Assembly: GCA_964610395.1 (NCBI GenBank)
Contig: CAZSXP010000001.1
Span: 63,342-127,341 of the forward strand
Source: an uncultured Gammaproteobacteria bacterium
Lineage (GTDB): Bacteria > Patescibacteriota > Microgenomatia > UBA8517
Reading direction: 5' to 3'
Length of the DNA: 64,000 nt
Position numbers and translations under genes: made by a program. Under the pieces are notes generated by a model, which did no database searches, had not been told where the DNA came from, and saw only the letters and a program-made list of their open reading frames with translations. This document shows, piece by piece, positions 60,212 through 64,000 of the stretch (its first letter is position 1; each line of letters opens with the position of its first letter).

Positions 60212-61306
60212 ATGACAAAATTGTATTTTTACAACAATAATTGGGAGTTTTTTGAAAAGAATAACAAATATTATTTTTTTGACGTAGTTACAACAAAACT
60301 TCTCGAACTTGTAATAAAGGAGAAAGAGGAAAAAGTAGCTCTTTTATTTCTTATAAGGGAAGCTTCAAAGCCATCTGAAAAAGAAAACTTAATTTTTAAG
60401 CTCCATAAGAATTTCCCAAAAATAAATATAGATTGGATAAACACTACGTTCAATAATTTATCGAAGGTAGGAGTTCTTAAGGTTGCACTCTCGACTCCAC
60501 AAGAGTTCAAAGGTAGGTATGTTTTGGGTCTTGAGCGTCAATTAGAATTTCTCAATGAAGTTTTTCCAGAACAAGGCAAGTTTAAAATGCAAAAAAAACT
60601 TAAGGATGCAAAAATAACAGTTATTGGGCTGGGTATAGTAGGCCAATCAGTTCTTGTTCCTCTTCTTGCTTCAGGAATAGGCAATTTAACATGCATTGAC
60701 TTTGACACAGTTGAAGAAAGAAACATAGGTAGACAAATTCTCTTTCGCAGAGGTGATAACGGAAAACCAAAAACAGAAGTAATTAAACGATTTATTGTTG
60801 AGAATTATTCGGCAGTTAAGATTAAGACAATAAATAAAAAACTAGACAATGTAAGAAGTATCAAAGCCGCCATAAATGGATCTGATATTGTCATACAATG
60901 TTGTGATTTCCCTCGATATATTATTCACAGACTTATTAACAAAGCGTGTCTTGATCTGAAAATACCCAATCTTCTTCTTGGGTCCTACAGGGCAGGACCT
61001 TTTTGTTTGCCTCACAAAACAGCTTGTTATGGTTGTCTTGAAACTTTACTTAGAGAAAATATGCCTATTTACGATGAAGTTGTTGAAAGGATTTTCAGTC
61101 AAGGAACAAGAAGATTTCCACAACTTATTATAACATCACTTCTTACTGGTGCGCTTGGAGCTAAGGAAATTATAACTTTCTTACTTGACTTACCCACCCA
61201 GACAATCGACGGGTGTCTTCATTTCAATCCTAGAACATTGGAGGTAACCAGAGAACCAATACCAAGACAAAAGAATTGTTATGCTTGTTCCTCTAATGCA
61301 AAATAA
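60212..61306 (+). CDS. E1-like (ThiF/MoeB/MccB-like) enzyme with ~130-aa N-terminal putative peptide-binding domain
   Basis: 'VIGLGIVGQSV' GxGxxG, 'DFDTVEERNIGRQ', C-terminal CxxC...CxxC ('CYGC','CYAC'); start at internal ATG (MTKLYF). Confidence 0.75.
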   Translation: MTKLYFYNNNWEFFEKNNKYYFFDVVTTKLLELVIKEKEEKVALLFLIREASKPSEKENLIFKLHKNFPKINIDWINTTFNNLSKVGVLKVALSTPQEFKGRYVLGLERQLEFLNEVFPEQGKFKMQKKLKDAKITVIGLGIVGQSVLVPLLASGIGNLTCIDFDTVEERNIGRQILFRRGDNGKPKTEVIKRFIVENYSAVKIKTINKKLDNVRSIKAAINGSDIVIQCCDFPRYIIHRLINKACLDLKIPNLLLGSYRAGPFCLPHKTACYGCLETLLRENMPIYDEVVERIFSQGTRRFPQLIITSLLTGALGAKEIITFLLDLPTQTIDGCLHFNPRTLEVTREPIPRQKNCYACSSNAK

Positions 61307-62522
61307 TCAAAAGATTCGGCTTATCGTACAACCCAGAGAAAACAACAGAAGCTATCTGTACGATTATCATTCACACATTGAAATTAATGAAAAAGAACAT
61401 CCGTTCGGGAAAGGCGGAGGAATAGACTTGGATCTTAAAATAGCAAAACTAAAAGCGACCTGTGAAGCTATCGAAAGATATGCAGGAAGTGTGATCCCAG
61501 ATCAGACATATATAAAAAGTTCATACAACGAAATTAAAAGCGAGGCAATCAATCCAAAAAGACTAATCGATTTTGATTCTTTGCAATATACAGAAGCTTT
61601 TCCATTCTCTAGATTTCGGCCAAATACCAAAATTGATTGGGTAAAGGCGTTTTCGGTAACGAAAAATAGGAATGTGTTAATTCCTGCTTCTGCAATTTTT
61701 CTCGGATATAATGCAATAATACCTAAAAAATTACGGTTATTTCCAACAACATCAAACGGTCTTGCTTTGGGGACTTCTGGAAAAGATGCTTTTAGAAGAG
61801 GTTTGTATGAATTAATTGAAAGGGATGCCGCTTTGACACTTTGGTATACACAGAGAATTCCCATTCGCGTTAATCTTGATTCGTTATCTAATTCAGACTT
61901 TCATTTTATTAAAAATAAAATCATAGATGAAGGTTTGATTCTCGAAGTTTGTATTTCCACTTTCGACATTCCAATCCCTTCCACAATCGCAATAATTAGA
62001 GATATAAAAGGATATCCTGCTTTTAGTGTTGGATTGGGATGTGATAATAATTTAGAGAAGGCTGTTTTTAAAGCAACAATGGAAGCTTTAATGGTAAGAA
62101 ATACACTTGAATTATTACCTAAAGATATGCGGGTAAATATTAAAATTAAAAGAAGAAGTGTAAAGAATTTTATGGATCATGCTCTGTATTATTCCACTCT
62201 GTCAAAAGAGAAAGTAATAAGAAAACTTTACTCTGGGAAAAAATTGACCATAGCTAAAATTAATTCCAAATTCGGGTTAAGTGAAAAGTATTCTGATTTA
62301 GATACCCTGATTGCTTTGTTCACCAGAAAGAACATGGAGATAATAAAATATGATTTAACCACCCCAATAATAAGTGATATGGGTTATTCGGTAGTAAAAA
62401 CAATAGTTCCTGAATTGCAACAAATGGATATTAGCTACGAAGCAAGATTCCTGAGAAGTAATAGGTTAACTGGTTTAGTTTCTTCTAAAAAAATAAATCC
62501 ATACCCACACCCGTTCGGGTGA
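61296..62522 (+). CDS. YcaO-domain protein (second copy)
   Basis: 'FGKGGGIDLDLKIAKLKATCEAIERYAG' signature; C-terminal 'NPYPHPFG' PxPxP motif. Confidence 0.8.
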   Translation: MQNNQKIRLIVQPRENNRSYLYDYHSHIEINEKEHPFGKGGGIDLDLKIAKLKATCEAIERYAGSVIPDQTYIKSSYNEIKSEAINPKRLIDFDSLQYTEAFPFSRFRPNTKIDWVKAFSVTKNRNVLIPASAIFLGYNAIIPKKLRLFPTTSNGLALGTSGKDAFRRGLYELIERDAALTLWYTQRIPIRVNLDSLSNSDFHFIKNKIIDEGLILEVCISTFDIPIPSTIAIIRDIKGYPAFSVGLGCDNNLEKAVFKATMEALMVRNTLELLPKDMRVNIKIKRRSVKNFMDHALYYSTLSKEKVIRKLYSGKKLTIAKINSKFGLSEKYSDLDTLIALFTRKNMEIIKYDLTTPIISDMGYSVVKTIVPELQQMDISYEARFLRSNRLTGLVSSKKINPYPHPFG

Positions 62523-62548
62523 ACATCAATTTCAGTAGTAAGATAAAT

Positions 62549-62758
62549 TTAATTTCCAAATCGTCCCCTAACAGCTCTACCTTCTGTCTTGGTAACAATA
62601 TTTGTTTTTGTTAGATCTACTTCATCTAACAAATTTTCTGGTTTTTCAGCTTGAGAATCGAGAATAAAATTAGTGACACCAGTTGCTTCACAAGCAGATA
62701 ATCCTGCAGCAACACCTAAAGCTGTTGAAACTAAAACTTTATATGCTTCTTTTCTCAT
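62549..62758 (-). CDS. Small lipoprotein (69 aa)
   Basis: 'MRKEAYKVLVSTALGVAAGLSAC' signal with lipobox; shares promoter and N-terminal similarity with 50944..52458. Confidence 0.5.
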   Translation of the reverse strand: MRKEAYKVLVSTALGVAAGLSACEATGVTNFILDSQAEKPENLLDEVDLTKTNIVTKTEGRAVRGRFGN

Positions 62759-62779
62759 ATTATGTTTATCCTCTAATGT

Positions 62780-62826
62780 TACAGGATACTTCCCTGTTTG
62801 TCAACTATAGGCCACTATAGTCATTG
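62780..62826 (-). promoter_or_regulatory. Conserved promoter module, copy B
   Basis: TTGACA-17 nt-TAACAT then AGAGGA SD before the ATG at 62758; identical core to copy A. Confidence 0.55.
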
Positions 62827-62827
62827 T

Positions 62828-64000
62828 TTAGATTAAATCTCCAGTAATAATAGTTATTGGAGAAATTGAAACTATTTCGTCAATCATCTTATTTAAATCA
62901 TCTGAGGATACAGATAGCATTTCTTCTCTTATTTTATCTGCATCAATAATCTCACCATACATTTTTAATCCATGAGTGACCCAATCAAGTCTATCTTGAA
63001 CACTAAAAGGGGTAGCCAATTGTCTTTTATGCTCAAGCTCAACTGCATTTTTGGTAATTGTTTTAATTGAACTCAAAATTTCAGTAATTCCAGAATCCAA
63101 ATTCTTATTGTTATCTTTTTTAACATCAACTCTTAAATTAAGTATGGCTATGTTATCCGTTGGTCTTGCTATACCCACCTCTGTAAAATAACCCCAACCA
63201 TTTTTTCTCGAATAATTAAAAAGCTCTGTGGATATTATGTTTTTTAAGTATTTAAGTGAGAAATATTTTTTTGATCCAAATTTGTGTTTAAATAACCAGT
63301 TGAACTGATTAGTAATTATTCCATTCTTTATATTGGTATCAAACTTGTAATTATTTTCAACTTCTAATTCTGGATTTGTTTTCTCTAATAATTCAGTATC
63401 AATAATATTTTTTGGTTTATCAATCCTTGGAAAATCTAAATATTGATCTTTTAGTTTATCAATTAAATTTTTAAGTATTGAACGATCCCCTTCTGTGTAT
63501 ACACTTATTAAAAGATTTTTTGGTATTAAAATATTCTCTTGTATCTTTTTTAATTGGCTTATTGTAATTTTGTCTAAATCTTCTACTGATCCAGCAGTTG
63601 TTGATATGTCAGAAAATGGGTTTTTAGTATCGTAAATAGTTTTGCAGAAATTATTATCGATGTGATAATTATGATTTGTTGATCGACCTTGAATTTCTGA
63701 CTTAATGATATTTCTTTCGGTTTCAATATCCTTCACAACATCATCCAAATTGTTAAGTGGTGCCTCAAGTGACTTTCTTATTCCATCTAAAACTACCCAT
63801 AGTCCATAATCTACTACATTTGGATTTGCGATTCCTGAGATAGTTTCACGAGTTTCTTGTTTATTAGTTTGAGCAATTAATTTAAGTGAATTACGCTCAG
63901 CTAATAATCTTATCCTTTTATTGAAAAAATGTTCTAAAAAATGCACAGAGCCAGCAGGATTTCCATACGCACCTTCAGAAAATTCCCAATAAATTCTTGC
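62828..64000 (-). CDS. M16-family zinc peptidase, 5'-truncated by the window edge (GTG at 63946 is not the true start)
   Basis: 'GSVHFLEHFF' inverted zincin HxxEH; the reading frame stays open to the window end. Confidence 0.7.
   Translation of the reverse strand, partial: ARIYWEFSEGAYGNPAGSVHFLEHFFNKRIRLLAERNSLKLIAQTNKQETRETISGIANPNVVDYGLWVVLDGIRKSLEAPLNNLDDVVKDIETERNIIKSEIQGRSTNHNYHIDNNFCKTIYDTKNPFSDISTTAGSVEDLDKITISQLKKIQENILIPKNLLISVYTEGDRSILKNLIDKLKDQYLDFPRIDKPKNIIDTELLEKTNPELEVENNYKFDTNIKNGIITNQFNWLFKHKFGSKKYFSLKYLKNIISTELFNYSRKNGWGYFTEVGIARPTDNIAILNLRVDVKKDNNKNLDSGITEILSSIKTITKNAVELEHKRQLATPFSVQDRLDWVTHGLKMYGEIIDADKIREEMLSVSSDDLNKMIDEIVSISPITIITGDLI

Overview
This 64-kb window is low-GC and gene-dense, with many overlapping starts and stops, TTG/GTG start codons, and TGA used as a stop codon (standard code). 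The gene content fits a small-genome bacterium of the Patescibacteria/CPR type, but that is an inference. Housekeeping genes are ctpA-like S41 protease, rpmE, an RF1-like release factor, dnaB, tRNA-Leu(CAA), efp, rluA-like, dksA/traR-like, a Kef-type antiporter, yebC, a xerC/D-like recombinase, an LCP protein, gyrA, membrane H+-pyrophosphatase, gyrB, a compact holB-like gene and leuS. A type IV pilus locus runs pilB-pilT-pilC ... pilA-pilD plus at least eight pilin/pseudopilin paralogs in two blocks. The main discovery candidate is a ~4.06-kb island at 32114..36172. It is flanked by perfect-length 232-bp direct repeats that duplicate the 3' end of pilC. It carries a Cys-rich RiPP precursor peptide, a YcaO cyclodehydratase, a SagB-type FMN dehydrogenase (a TOMM/LAP-type azole peptide cassette), a histidine phosphatase and an APH-like kinase. 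A second YcaO sits at ~60.2-62.5 kb next to an IS3 transposase remnant, paired with an E1/ThiF-like enzyme whose N-terminal domain looks peptide-binding and whose adenylation motifs are intact. Upstream of it are an S66 (MccF-like) peptidase, a SAM methyltransferase, S51 and M29 peptidases, and an M16 peptidase. Other notable items: an RF1 homolog lacking domain 1 that overlaps an extended L31 gene; a HisRS catalytic core without anticodon-binding domain; a GC-elevated segment encoding a Cys-rich secreted protein with a thrombospondin type-1-like repeat; two tandem acidic micro-ORFs with duplicated leaders; a 23-nt perfect palindrome present both in an intergenic region and inside a CDS; and a conserved promoter module shared by two paralogous lipoprotein genes.
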